Shown piece by piece: positions 46,559 to 56,580 of a stretch of 64,000 nt of DNA. Numbering within the stretch: the stretch's first letter is position 1; the number at the start of each line of letters is the position of its first letter. A model generated the notes under the pieces. It did no database searches. It saw nothing but the letters and a program-made list of their open reading frames with translations, and was not told the origin of the DNA. Made by a program: the position numbers and the translations under genes. Source of the stretch: Candidatus Melainabacteria bacterium (lineage in GTDB: Bacteria; Actinomycetota; Actinomycetes; Mycobacteriales; Pseudonocardiaceae); the NCBI GenBank assembly GCA_963757325.1, contig CAVWRF010000015.1, positions 9,010-73,009 of the forward strand, written 5' to 3'.

Positions 46559-47982
46559 ACCTGTACGCGGACCTGTTCATCGACGGGAAGTGGCGGCCGG
46601 GCTCGGACGACACCCGGTTCGACGTCGTCGACCCGGCCGACCTGTCCACCATCGCCCGGTTCGCCATCGCCACCGAACAGGACTGCATGGCAGCGGTGGA
46701 CGCCGCCGCGGCGGCGGCCGGATCGTGGGCGGCCACGGCGCCGCGCACCCGCGGTGAGCTGTTGCGCGCCGCGTACGAGGTGCTCACCGACGAGGTCGAG
46801 GACTTCGCCGAGATCATGGTGCGGGAGAACGGCAAGTCGTGGTCCGACGCGATGGGCGAGGCGAACTACGCGAAGGAGTTCTTCCGCTGGTTCGCCGAGG
46901 AAGCCGTGCGCGTGCCCGGCGACTACCGGCTGTCGCCCGCCGGTGACAAGCGGATCGTCGTCGACCGCCAGCCGATCGGCGTGTCGCTGCTGATCACGCC
47001 GTGGAACTTCCCGGCGGCGATGGCCACCCGCAAACTCGCACCCGCGCTCGCCGCCGGCTGTACGACGGTACTCAAGCCGGCCCGCGAAACACCGCTCACC
47101 GCCGCGTACGTGGTCGACGTGCTGCGGCGGGTCGGTGTGCCCGACGGCGTGGTCAACCTGGTGACGCCCGTGCCGACCGGACCGCTGGTGCGCCGGATGA
47201 TCGACCGGCCCGAGGTCAGGAAGCTGTCGTTCACCGGTTCCACGGAGGTGGGGCGGGAACTGCTGCACGCGTGTGCCGACTCGGTGGTCAGCACGTCGAT
47301 GGAACTGGGCGGCAACGCACCGCTGATCGTGCTGCCGGGCGCGGACATGGACATGACGATCGAGGGCGCGCTGTCGGCCAAGATGCGCAACGGCGGGTCT
47401 GCCTGTACGGCCGCCAACCGGTTCTACGTGCACGGTTGGCTGCACGACGAGTTCGTGGCGCGGATGGATGCCGCACTGGCCGAGTTCGCCGTCGGCCCCG
47501 GTCTGACGCGTACGAACACGCTCGGTGCGCTCGTTTCCGTTGCTGAGCGCGACAAGGTCGCCGCTCTGGTGGATGGCGCCGTGGCGGATGGTGCCACTGT
47601 CGTGCGTGGCGGCCACTCGTCCGGGGAAGGTGCGTTCTACGACGCGACTCTGTTGACCGGTGTGACGCACGGGTCGGCGATCAATGCCACCGAGATCTTC
47701 GGCCCGGTGACCGCCGTGGTTCGGTTCGACGATGTGGATGACGCTGTTCGGATGGCAAATGACACCGTGTACGGGCTGATGGCCTATGTGTTCGGTGAGG
47801 AACGGGCCGCGGTGGCCGTGGCTCGGCGGTTGGAGGCCGGGATGGTCGCCGTGAACCGAGGTGTGGTCAGTGATCCGGCGGCCCCGTTCGGTGGGGTCAA
47901 GCAGAGTGGACTCGGGCGGGAGGGTGGTTCGGAGGGGATTCTGGAATTCTTGGAGGAGAAGTACATCGCTCTGACCGCTTGA
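46555..47982 (+). CDS. NAD(P)-dependent aldehyde dehydrogenase (succinate-semialdehyde DH-like)
   Basis: ITPWNFPAAM, FTGSTEVGR, ELGGNAP and GSACTAANR (catalytic Cys). Confidence 0.9.
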   Translation: MNLYADLFIDGKWRPGSDDTRFDVVDPADLSTIARFAIATEQDCMAAVDAAAAAAGSWAATAPRTRGELLRAAYEVLTDEVEDFAEIMVRENGKSWSDAMGEANYAKEFFRWFAEEAVRVPGDYRLSPAGDKRIVVDRQPIGVSLLITPWNFPAAMATRKLAPALAAGCTTVLKPARETPLTAAYVVDVLRRVGVPDGVVNLVTPVPTGPLVRRMIDRPEVRKLSFTGSTEVGRELLHACADSVVSTSMELGGNAPLIVLPGADMDMTIEGALSAKMRNGGSACTAANRFYVHGWLHDEFVARMDAALAEFAVGPGLTRTNTLGALVSVAERDKVAALVDGAVADGATVVRGGHSSGEGAFYDATLLTGVTHGSAINATEIFGPVTAVVRFDDVDDAVRMANDTVYGLMAYVFGEERAAVAVARRLEAGMVAVNRGVVSDPAAPFGGVKQSGLGREGGSEGILEFLEEKYIALTA

Positions 47983-47994
47983 CCTCCTTTCCGG

Positions 47995-48864
47995 TCACCG
48001 CCGCAGTTCCACCACTTTGTCCAGACGCGCCAGTTTGTTCGGGTTGCGGATGGCGTTGATGCGGATGATGCGGCCGTTTTCGACGATGAACGTGACCGCC
48101 GTGTCCAGTTCACCTTCCGGGTCCAGCCGCAGCGCCGCCGAGCCGTTGAGCTGGAGCTCGGCGATCGGGACGCCCGGCGCCAGCACCGGGAAGCGGGCCA
48201 GGAGCGCCGACACCTTCTGGATTCCGGCCACGGGGCGTCTGGTGGCCGGTGCCAGGCCGCCGCTGTCGGCGATCAGGATCACGTCCGGTGCCAGCACGTC
48301 CAGCAGGCCCTGTACGTCACCTGTGGTCAGCGCGGCCAGGAATCGTTGCACCACCCGCTGTTGCTCGCTGTGGCTCACCCTCGTTCTCGGGCGCCTCGCC
48401 GCCACGTGCTTGCGGGCCCGTAGCGCGATCTGGCGGACCGCCGTCGGTGACCTGTCCAACGCCCTCGCGATCTCCTCGTACGGCACGTCGAACACCTCGC
48501 GCAGCACGAACACCGCTCGCTCGGCGGGTGCCAGCGTCTCCAGCACCGTCAGCATCGCCATCGACACGCTGTCCGCCAGTTCGACGTCCTCGGCCACGTC
48601 CGGGCTGGTCAACAACGGCTCGGGCAGCCATTCGCCGACGTAGTCCTCGCGTCGCCGGGAGATCGACCGGAGGCGGTTGAGCGCCTGGCGCGTGATGATC
48701 CGCACGAGGTACGCGCGCGGGTCCAGGACCTCGGTCCGGTCGGTGTCCGCCCAGCGCAACCAGCTCTCCTGTACCACGTCCTCCGCGTCGGCCGCCGAGC
48801 CGAGCAGTTCGTACGCGACGGTGAACAGCAGGCCGCGGTGGGTGAGGAACGGGTCGTCGCTCAT
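47995..48864 (-). CDS. ECF sigma factor with C-terminal SnoaL-like extension (SigJ-like)
   Basis: Region 2 DAEDVVQESWLRW, region 4 PAERAVFVLREVFDVPYEEIARAL, plus a C-terminal extension of about 110 aa. Confidence 0.85.
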   Translation of the reverse strand: MSDDPFLTHRGLLFTVAYELLGSAADAEDVVQESWLRWADTDRTEVLDPRAYLVRIITRQALNRLRSISRRREDYVGEWLPEPLLTSPDVAEDVELADSVSMAMLTVLETLAPAERAVFVLREVFDVPYEEIARALDRSPTAVRQIALRARKHVAARRPRTRVSHSEQQRVVQRFLAALTTGDVQGLLDVLAPDVILIADSGGLAPATRRPVAGIQKVSALLARFPVLAPGVPIAELQLNGSAALRLDPEGELDTAVTFIVENGRIIRINAIRNPNKLARLDKVVELRR

Positions 48865-49439
48865 GCCGGCGAGGGTAGGGCCAGCGGTCGTAGTTGGCAG
48901 GACTCGGCGAAACCCTGCGAGCGCACGCCGAACGCGACGTTGCTGCGGCTGGCCATGTTCGCCAGTCCGACATACGCCGTCAGCTCGACCAGCGCGGGCG
49001 CGCCGAGCCGCTCCAGCAGCCGCGCCGACAACTCGTCCGTCACCGTCGGCGGGGTCATGGTCACCGCCTCCGCGTACTCCATGACGTCACGTTCCAGCGG
49101 CGTGAACACCGTCGACTCCCGCCATCTCGGCACCTCCCGCGCCTTCGCCTCGTCCAGGCCCTCGTTGTGCGCCATGAAATAGCCCAGGTCGAGGCAGAAC
49201 GAGCAGCCGACCAGCGACACCGCGGCCATGTGCGCGAACGATTTCAGGCTCTCGTCACACGCGTGCCACCGCTGCGCCCTGCGGCCCATGCCGAGTGTCG
49301 CCGCCAGCACCTTCCTGTTGTGCCACGTCACCTCGACCGGCTCGGCCACCTCGCCGAGCATTCTGCGGGACAGCATCTTCACGAGCGCGCCGCGGACACC
49401 GGTCAGTCGCGCGGCGGGAATCCGGGTGTTACCGGCCAT
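48861..49439 (-). CDS. Carboxymuconolactone decarboxylase / AhpD-like family protein
   Basis: ATG 49439 follows GGAGGAGA. CxxC motif VGCSFCLD. Overlaps the sigma-factor start by 4 nt. The upstream 348 codons of ORF 48861..50483 look non-coding. Confidence 0.75.
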   Translation of the reverse strand: MAGNTRIPAARLTGVRGALVKMLSRRMLGEVAEPVEVTWHNRKVLAATLGMGRRAQRWHACDESLKSFAHMAAVSLVGCSFCLDLGYFMAHNEGLDEAKAREVPRWRESTVFTPLERDVMEYAEAVTMTPPTVTDELSARLLERLGAPALVELTAYVGLANMASRSNVAFGVRSQGFAESCQLRPLALPSPA

Positions 49440-49529
49440 GTCTCCTCCAAGGGGTTCGTCAGCATGAAGACACCGGCCGGCGCCCGGATGTGACATCCGG
49501 GCAACGGCGGATCCGGATATGATCACTTC

Positions 49530-50381
49530 GTGTACTGGGGGATGGCGGGGGCGCTGTTCTCCGCCGTGTGCGGTGGTGTGGCGTCCGTGCTCCAGGCCAT
49601 CGCCGTGCGCGCCACCACGGACGCCGGGAGCGATTTCGATCCCCGGTTCCTGTTGCGGCTGTTGCGCGAGTGGCGGTATCTGGCCGGTCTGGCACTGGGG
49701 CTGATCGGGTTGTCGGCGCAGGTCGACGCGCTGCGCTCGCTGCCGTTGTTCGTGGCGCAGGCCAGCCAGTCCGCCGCCGTTCCGGTCACGGCGGTGGTCG
49801 CCGTGCGGTGGCTCGGGCTGCGGATGCGGCGTACCGAATGGCTCGCGGTCGGTGCCGTGTGCGTCGGACTGTCGCTGCTCGGCGCGTCCTCGTCGGGCGC
49901 CGGAAACACGAGTCCCGGCTTCGGTTTCCACGTCGACGTGTTGGTCGTCGCGGGTCTGCTGGTGTCGGTCGCCCTGCTGATGGACCGGTTGCCGCGGCGC
50001 GTTCGTGGCGCGGCACTGGGACTGGTCGCCGGGCTCGGTTTCGGCGTGCTCGGCGTCGCCATCCGTGTGCTGCCGGGGTTCGCGCCCGCCGCCGTGGTGC
50101 TCGATCCGGCCGCGTACGCGATCGTCGTCGCGGGCGTCATCGCGAACTGGTCCTACGCCGCCGCACTGCGGCGCGGTGACGTGATCGTGCCGACCGTGAC
50201 GATGCTGATCGGCATGACCGTGCCGCCCGCCGTGATCGGCGAGTTGCTGTTGGGCGACCACACGCGAACCGGGTGGGCTCCGGTGGCGTTCGCCGGGTTC
50301 GTGGCCGCGCTGGCGGGTGCGGTGGCGTTGGCTCGTTTCGGACAGATCGAGGTCACGGATGCCGCCGAAGCCGTGACGTGA
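49530..50381 (+). CDS. Polytopic membrane protein (DMT/EamA-like)
   Basis: 283 aa with about 9 hydrophobic segments. No soluble-domain motifs recognised. Confidence 0.55.
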   Translation: MYWGMAGALFSAVCGGVASVLQAIAVRATTDAGSDFDPRFLLRLLREWRYLAGLALGLIGLSAQVDALRSLPLFVAQASQSAAVPVTAVVAVRWLGLRMRRTEWLAVGAVCVGLSLLGASSSGAGNTSPGFGFHVDVLVVAGLLVSVALLMDRLPRRVRGAALGLVAGLGFGVLGVAIRVLPGFAPAAVVLDPAAYAIVVAGVIANWSYAAALRRGDVIVPTVTMLIGMTVPPAVIGELLLGDHTRTGWAPVAFAGFVAALAGAVALARFGQIEVTDAAEAVT

Positions 50382-50482
50382 ACTGTTGACGAGCGCGCCG
50401 CCCCGGTCGGCCGTTGTCCCGCGCCTGATCACCGTGGTACTTCCGAACATGACGTAGCCGATCACGATCGCGAGGTGCCGCA

Positions 50483-51952
50483 ATGCGTCGTCGGACCTTT
50501 TTGGCAGCGGCGGGAGCGGCGGTGGTCGGCGCGGCCGTCGGCCAGCTTCCCGCGCACGCCGACTACTCGACCACCGTCGACCCCGCGACGACGTGGGGCA
50601 CGTGGGAGGGCTGGGGCACGTCCCTGTGTTGGTGGGGCAAGGCCTACGGCACGAACACCACGATGGCCGACATCATGTTCACCACGGACGACGTGAGCTA
50701 CGACGGCACGTCGTTACCCGGCCTCGGGCTGAACATCGTGCGGTACAACGCGGGCGCGTGCACGACGAACAGCATCGAGGGCGACAGCATGCAGGTGTCG
50801 CCGAACATCTCGCCGAGCCGCCAGATGGAGGGCTACTGGCTGGACTGGTTCAGCAGTGACCCGTCGTCGTCGAGCTGGAACTGGTCGGCCGACGCGAACC
50901 AGCGCGCGATGCTGCTCGCGGCGAAGGCAAGGGGCGTCGACCGGTTCGAGCTGTTCTCCAACTCGCCGATCTGGTGGATGTGCTACGACCACAACCCGTC
51001 CGGCAGCCTCATCGGCATCACCGACAACCTGCAGAACTGGAACTACCAGCAGCACGCGGTCTACCTGGCCACGATCGCGAGGTACGCGCACGACAACTGG
51101 GGCATCGACTTCACGTCGGTGGACGCGTTCAACGAGCCGATCTCGCCCGGCTGGCTCTCCACCGGCAACCAGGAGGGCTGCCACTTCGACCCGTCGACGC
51201 AGGCCACGGTGATCCCGTACCTGCGCTCGGAACTGGACGACCGCGGCCTGAACAGCACGCTGGTCGCCGCGTCCGACGAGAACAGCTACGACCTGGCGCT
51301 GGCGTCCTGGCTGCTGCTGGGCTCGAACGCGCAGGGCGTCGTCGACAAGATCAACGTGCACGGCTACCAGTACGGCGGCGGCCGCCGCGACCTGCTCTAC
51401 ACGGCGGCCAGAGCGGCCGGCAAGGTGCTGTGGAACTCGGAGTACGGCGAGGGTGACGCGACCGGTTTGTCGTTGGCCGGCAACCTGAACCTGGACATGC
51501 GCTGGCTGCACCCGACGGCGTGGGTGTACTGGCAGGTCCTCGACGGCGGCGGCTGGGGCCTGATCCAGGCCGACGAGAACGCGGGCACGATCGGCGCGGT
51601 GAACACGAAGTACTACGCGCTGGCGCAGTACTCCCGCCACATCCGCCCCGGCATGACGATCATCGACGGCGGCGAGGGCAACACGTCGGCCGCCTACGAC
51701 GCGGCGAACCACCGCCTGGTCCTGGTCACCACGAACTACGACACGGCCCAGACGATCACCTACGACCTGTCGAAGTTCTCGTCGGCCACGGGCGGCACGA
51801 ACGGCCTCGTCGAGCGCTGGGCCACCGACACCAGCGGCACGGGTGACAACTACGCCCACCACACGGACACGTACCTGACCGGCACGACGTTCGCGGTCCC
51901 CTTCCCCGCCAACACGATCCAGACCTTCCAGATCGACAACGTGTACCTCTGA
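50483..51952 (+). CDS. Secreted glycoside hydrolase family 30-like enzyme
   Basis: Tat-type signal MRRRTFLAAAGAAVVGAAV. WGTWEGWGTSLCWW and NSEYGEG are typical of GH30 (O-glycosyl hydrolase family 30). Confidence 0.75.
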   Translation: MRRRTFLAAAGAAVVGAAVGQLPAHADYSTTVDPATTWGTWEGWGTSLCWWGKAYGTNTTMADIMFTTDDVSYDGTSLPGLGLNIVRYNAGACTTNSIEGDSMQVSPNISPSRQMEGYWLDWFSSDPSSSSWNWSADANQRAMLLAAKARGVDRFELFSNSPIWWMCYDHNPSGSLIGITDNLQNWNYQQHAVYLATIARYAHDNWGIDFTSVDAFNEPISPGWLSTGNQEGCHFDPSTQATVIPYLRSELDDRGLNSTLVAASDENSYDLALASWLLLGSNAQGVVDKINVHGYQYGGGRRDLLYTAARAAGKVLWNSEYGEGDATGLSLAGNLNLDMRWLHPTAWVYWQVLDGGGWGLIQADENAGTIGAVNTKYYALAQYSRHIRPGMTIIDGGEGNTSAAYDAANHRLVLVTTNYDTAQTITYDLSKFSSATGGTNGLVERWATDTSGTGDNYAHHTDTYLTGTTFAVPFPANTIQTFQIDNVYL

Positions 51953-52021
51953 CCAGGTTCGCGACGCGATTGCGACGCCGCTGGGACGGTGCTGCCACGT
52001 GGTGGCGGCACCGTCTGTGGC

Positions 52022-53193
52022 ATGACGCATGTGTTGTCGGATGGTGCTGGTTCCGTTGCCGGGCAGCGGAAGCAGCATCTGCCGGCGCTGGACGGGCTGC
52101 GGGGGCTGGCGATCCTCGGGGTGTTGCTGTTCCACACCGGGCTGCTGGCCGGTGGCTTTCTGGGGGTGGACCTGTTCTTCGCGTTGTCCGGGTATCTGAT
52201 CACCGGGCTGTTGTCGCGGGAGGTCTCGGCGACCGGTGGCGTGTCGCTGGTCGCCTTCTGGGGACGGCGGATCCGGCGGCTGCTGCCCGCGTCGGCCCTG
52301 CTGCTGGTCGTCGTCTCGGTGCTCGTCACGGCCTTCGGGACCGCTGATCTGCGGCGGACGACACTGTCGGACGGGCCGTGGGTGCAGGCGAACCTCGTCA
52401 ACTGGCACCTGCTGGCCGAATCGGCCGACTACTGGGACCGGTTCGGGTCGTCCCGCGTGTTCGAGCATCTCTGGAGCATCGCCGTCGAGGAGCAGTTCTA
52501 CCTCGTGTGGCCGGTCGTCGTCGTGATCCTCGCCCGGTGGGGGCAGCGGTGGGTCGCCTTCGCCGCGGCCACCGGTTCGGTCGTCTCGCTCGTACTGATG
52601 GTGGTGCTGGTCGATCCGGCCGACCCGACCCGCGTCTACACCGGCACCGACACACGCGCTTTCTCCTTGTTGCTGGGGGCTTTCGTCGCCACCAGGCCGG
52701 TCGGCGACTGGTTGGGGCGAGTGGTCGGCCGGTGGGTGGTGCCTGCTGCTCGTGGTCGGGATGGGCGTCGCCTGGGTGTTCGTCGACGGCACCGGTTCGT
52801 CGTGGCTGTATCGCGGTGGGTTGTTCGTGCATTCCGCCGCCGCCGCGGTCGGGCTGTGCGTCGGGCGCCGGACGGTGTGGTCGGTCACGTGCTCGCGTGG
52901 CGACCCCTGCGGTGGCTCGGGTTCTGTCTCCTACAGCCTCTATCTGTGGCACTGGCCCGTGTCTCGTGCTGCTCGGACCCGGACGGGCGGCGCTCGCGGC
53001 TGTCGTGTCGGTCGTCGGCTTGGCCGTCGTGTCGAAGTACTGTGTCGAGGACCCGATCCGGTTCCGGGCCGGGTGGGCGCGGGGACGGCGCGGGGTGGTG
53101 GCGTTCGTCGCCGTGATGGCCGGGCTCGCCGTGTCGTGGCTCGTGCTGCCCGCTCCGGCGCCCGTCACCATCGACATCAGCCGGTTGGGCTGA
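52022..53193 (+). pseudogene. Acyltransferase family 3 (OafA-like) membrane protein, reading frame broken at least 4 times
   Basis: LPALDGLRGLAILGVLLFH...HLWSIAVEEQFYLVWP reads in one frame. LLLVVGMGVAW..., VLAWRPLRWLG, SVSYSLYLWHWPV and LVLLGPGRAAL...VEDPIRF then alternate between three frames (about 52740, 52865, 52920, 52960). Confidence 0.7.
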
Positions 53194-53666
53194 TCAGCGG
53201 GCACGTCCGCTGCTTGTCCGACTCCGGCGTGGGCTCGGTGAACATGACCTGCACCTTCGCCGTCCTCGGGCCACCGCCCTGGACGTACCCGGCCAGTGCC
53301 GTGCACACGATCTGGTCGATGCCCAGCGCCGTCACGTCGTGGATCGTCAGCGGCACCTGCAACTGGATCAGTGTCGGTGCCGTCGTCACGGTCGCGCGTG
53401 CCGGGTCGTTCTGGCGCGATCTCGGTGTGCAGGTCCGATGACACGCCGGGACCGGTCAGCAACAACCCCATCGCCTCGGCGATCGTGCCGAGCCGGCCGG
53501 TTCCCCGTTGCTGCGCGACCAGTCTCTCGCGCGCGTCGACGAAGTACAGCGTGGCGCCCGGCGCGATGCCGGTCGGCGCCGTGCCGGCCTCGGTCACACC
53601 GGAGGGCCGCACACCGCAGCCGACGAGCAGGAAAGCCAGCGCCACCGGAATGAGATCCGCCTCACC
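53177..53666 (-). pseudogene. Small lipoprotein downstream of the two-component system (GerMN/LpqB-like), frame-disrupted
   Basis: GTGA overlap with the HK stop. MRRI then LIPVALAFLLVGCG (lipobox) in a second frame. ...LHTEIAPE switches near 53410 to NDPARATVTTAPTLIQLQVPL... in a third frame. Confidence 0.45.
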
Positions 53667-55069
53667 GGGCCTCCACCTCCCGAGGCAGTCGCAGCACGAA
53701 CCGCGCACCGGCCCCGGTGTTCGTCGCGACGATGTCGCCACCGTGCAGCCGCGCGTTCTCCAGCGCGATCGCCAGCCCGAGCCCGCTGCCCGGGGTGCGG
53801 GTGCGGGCCGCGTCCGCCTTGTAGAAACGGTCGAACACGTGCGGCAGTATGTGCTCGGGCAGGCCGGGGCCGTTGTCGGTGACCTCGATCCACACGTGGT
53901 CCCGGTCGGCGCACGACACGTACGCGCACCGGCGGCGCACCGTGCCGCAGTGCGTTGCCGGCCAGGTTCGCCACGATCACGTCCAGCCGGCGCGGGTCGA
54001 GCCGCACCCGGATTCCTTGCGGCGCGGTGACTTCCACCCGGTTCGTGCCAGCCCCTGGCACGCAGACACTCCCGGACCGCGTCGAGCCGCGTCGACCTCC
54101 TCGACCCGCAGGTGCGCGGTGCCGGCGTCGAAGCGCGACACCTCCATCAGGTCCTCGACGAGCCGCACCAGCCGATGGGTCGCGGCGATCGCCATCAGCG
54201 CGGACTCGCGCGCGTCGCCCGCCATGTCGTCGGTCGCCGTCGCCAGGACCTCCACCACGGCCGCCAACGCGCTCAGCGGGGTGCGCAGTTCGTGTGACAC
54301 GTCGGCGGCGAAGCGCCGCGCGTCGGCCTGCATGTGCCGCATCGCGGCCATCGACGTCTGCACCGACTCGGCCATCTCGTTGATCGTCACGGTCAGCGCG
54401 GCCAGCTCGTCGGCACCCTGCGGCGGCGAGCGTGCCGCCAGGTCACCGGCGGCCAGCCGACGTGCCGTGTCCCGCAGCCGACGCACCGGCCGCAACACGC
54501 TGCCGGCGGCCAGCAGCGCCAACAACACCGCCAGCGGCAACGCCCATGCCGCCGTGATCCCCGCCGACCGGGTCATGTCGTCGATCTGCTGCCCCACTTC
54601 GGTCAGATCGCGTACGCAGTACACCTCGACGCCCGACGGCGTCCGCGTCCCGTCCGGCGCCGTGATCGTGACGGGCGTGCCGACCAGCAGGAACGGCGTG
54701 CCGTGCGCGGTGATCCGCTGCGTGGCGATCTCGGCCCGCATCCGCACGGCGGTGCGCAGCGCGCCGGTGACCAGGCCGAGTCGGCGCCGTCCGCGGAGCG
54801 CAGGTTCCGGTACGTCACCAGCGTGTCCGCGCCGACGGCGACCCGTAGCCGGTCCAGCGAGTCCTGGTCGGGCGGGTAGGTCAGCTGCGGGGCGATCGCG
54901 GTGATCTGGTCGCGACGGTGTCGGTGATGCGCCGCTGTGTCGTGGTGACCAGCGCGGTGCTCGCCGACCCCGCGCTCGACCACGCCGCCGCCGCGGCGCC
55001 GACCACGGTCACCAGCACGAACGCGACCAGCAGCCGGGTCCGCAGGCCACGCGGCCAGAGCTTCGTCAT
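53662..55069 (-). pseudogene. Sensor histidine kinase (HAMP-HisKA-HATPase), reading frame broken at least 5 times
   Basis: ATGA overlap with the RR stop. MTKLWPRGLRTRLLVAFVL (TM), DQITAIAPQLTYPP, HAMP and SHELRTPLSAL, LDAVRECLRARGW, VEVTAPQGIRVRLDPRRLDVIVANLAGNALRH and WIEVTDNGPGLP...GSGLGLAI lie in different frames. Confidence 0.75.
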
Positions 55070-55740
55070 ACCGGTCCGAAGCGGTAGCCGAACCCGCGCA
55101 CCGTCTGCACGTACGCGGGGCTCGCCGGCTGTGTCTCGATCTTGGCGCGCAGCCGCTGCACGCAGTTGTCGACCAGCCGGGAGTCGCCGAGATAGTCGTG
55201 CTCCCAGACCTCTTCCAGCAGTTGCTGCCGGCTGAACACGCGGCCGGGCGCGCGGGAGAGGGTGAGCAGCAGCCGCAGTTCGGTCGGCGTGAGCGCGAGG
55301 GGCTCGCCGCGCAGTGACACGGTGAGCGCGTCGGTGTCGATGCGCAGGTCGCGGTGTATCCGAACGCCGTCCGGCGTCCCGGTGGCACGGCGCAGCACGG
55401 CGCGGATGCGCGCGTCCAACACGCTGGGCCGCGCCGGTTTCACCACGTAGTCGTCGGCGCCGGCAGCCAGCCCGCCGACGACGTCGGAGTCGTCGCCGCG
55501 CGCCGTCAGCATGATCACCGGCGTCTCGCCCGCCGACCGGATGCGCCGGCACACCTCGAAGCCGTCCATCCCGGGCAGCATCAGGTCGAGTACCACGAGA
55601 TCGGGCGGTGCGGCGCGCAACCGGTCCAGACCGGCCTCGCCGGTCTCGGCGGTGCGCACGTCGTGCCCGTGCCTGCCCAGCGCAAGCTGTAGACCGCGCC
55701 GGACCAGCGGATCGTCCTCGATGAGCAGAATGGCCACCAC
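55066..55740 (-). CDS. OmpR-family response regulator
   Basis: VVAILLIEDDPLV...DLVVLDLMLPGMDG...DDYVVKP, then the winged helix LTPTELRLLL...VRGFGYRF. GTG start. Confidence 0.85.
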   Translation of the reverse strand: MVAILLIEDDPLVRRGLQLALGRHGHDVRTAETGEAGLDRLRAAPPDLVVLDLMLPGMDGFEVCRRIRSAGETPVIMLTARGDDSDVVGGLAAGADDYVVKPARPSVLDARIRAVLRRATGTPDGVRIHRDLRIDTDALTVSLRGEPLALTPTELRLLLTLSRAPGRVFSRQQLLEEVWEHDYLGDSRLVDNCVQRLRAKIETQPASPAYVQTVRGFGYRFGPV

Positions 55741-55854
55741 CCGTGCAGTATGGCCGCGCCGACGGGTTCGCCAGGTGAGGACGGCGCGCGCTGCGACAAA
55801 CCCGCGACACGGCGGTGGTCGCGCCCGGGACATCCCACCGCCACGGTGGTGACC

Positions 55855-56580
55855 ATGAAACCCGTTCTGGCCATCGGCCTCGTCGCACTGCTGGCCACGG
55901 CCTGCGCCCAGCCCGCTCCCGCCCGTCCCGGTACCGGCGGCCTGGCCACGGTCGTGTTCCTCGGCGACTCGATCGCCGTCGGCGAGGCGCAACCGCTTGC
56001 GGCCGCGTTCCAGGCCGGCGGTGTCACGTTCCGGTCGATCGCGGCCGACGGCGGCGGCAACGTCGTGGGCCCGTTCGCCGACCAGCAGTGGAAGACGCTG
56101 CCCGAACAGATCACGTCGGCGAAACCGACGGTCGTCGTGTACCAGATCACGACCTACGACTGGGGCAGCGAACAGGACCAACAGGCGGCGTACACGAAGC
56201 TGTTGGCGACGGCCACCGACGCGGGCGCGAAGCTGGACTTCGTCACGATGCCACCGATCCGCCCCGACGACTTCTACCGCTCGCACATGGCCGACCTGGC
56301 GCGGACCACGTCGGTCGCGCGGACGGTGGCGGCGGGCTCGGCGGGGCGGGCGAGCGTGCTGGACGCGGGCCAGGTGTGGGGGAGCAGCTACCAGCAGATC
56401 AGGGACGGCCACGCCGACCGCAGCTCGGACGGCATCCACACGTGCCCCCAGGGAGCGGCCCGGTTCACGACGTGGCTACTGGGCGCCCTGGCCGGACAGT
56501 TCGCGGGCTTCACCCCGGCGCAGCCGCGAACGTGGGCGAACACGGGCTGGTCGGCCGACAGACACTTCCAGGGTTGCTGA
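55855..56580 (+). CDS. SGNH/GDSL-type hydrolase lipoprotein
   Basis: Signal and lipobox MKPVLAIGLVALLATAC. Block I VVFLGDSIAVG. C-terminal DGIH (catalytic Asp/His region). Confidence 0.7.
   Translation: MKPVLAIGLVALLATACAQPAPARPGTGGLATVVFLGDSIAVGEAQPLAAAFQAGGVTFRSIAADGGGNVVGPFADQQWKTLPEQITSAKPTVVVYQITTYDWGSEQDQQAAYTKLLATATDAGAKLDFVTMPPIRPDDFYRSHMADLARTTSVARTVAAGSAGRASVLDAGQVWGSSYQQIRDGHADRSSDGIHTCPQGAARFTTWLLGALAGQFAGFTPAQPRTWANTGWSADRHFQGC

Noticed and set aside
49440-50483. Upstream 348 codons of ORF 48861..50483 (minus strand).
   Set aside because: The translation is Arg/His/Gly-rich nonsense antisense to a plausible membrane protein gene (49530..50381). The AhpD-like homology starts at ATG 49439, which has a strong RBS.
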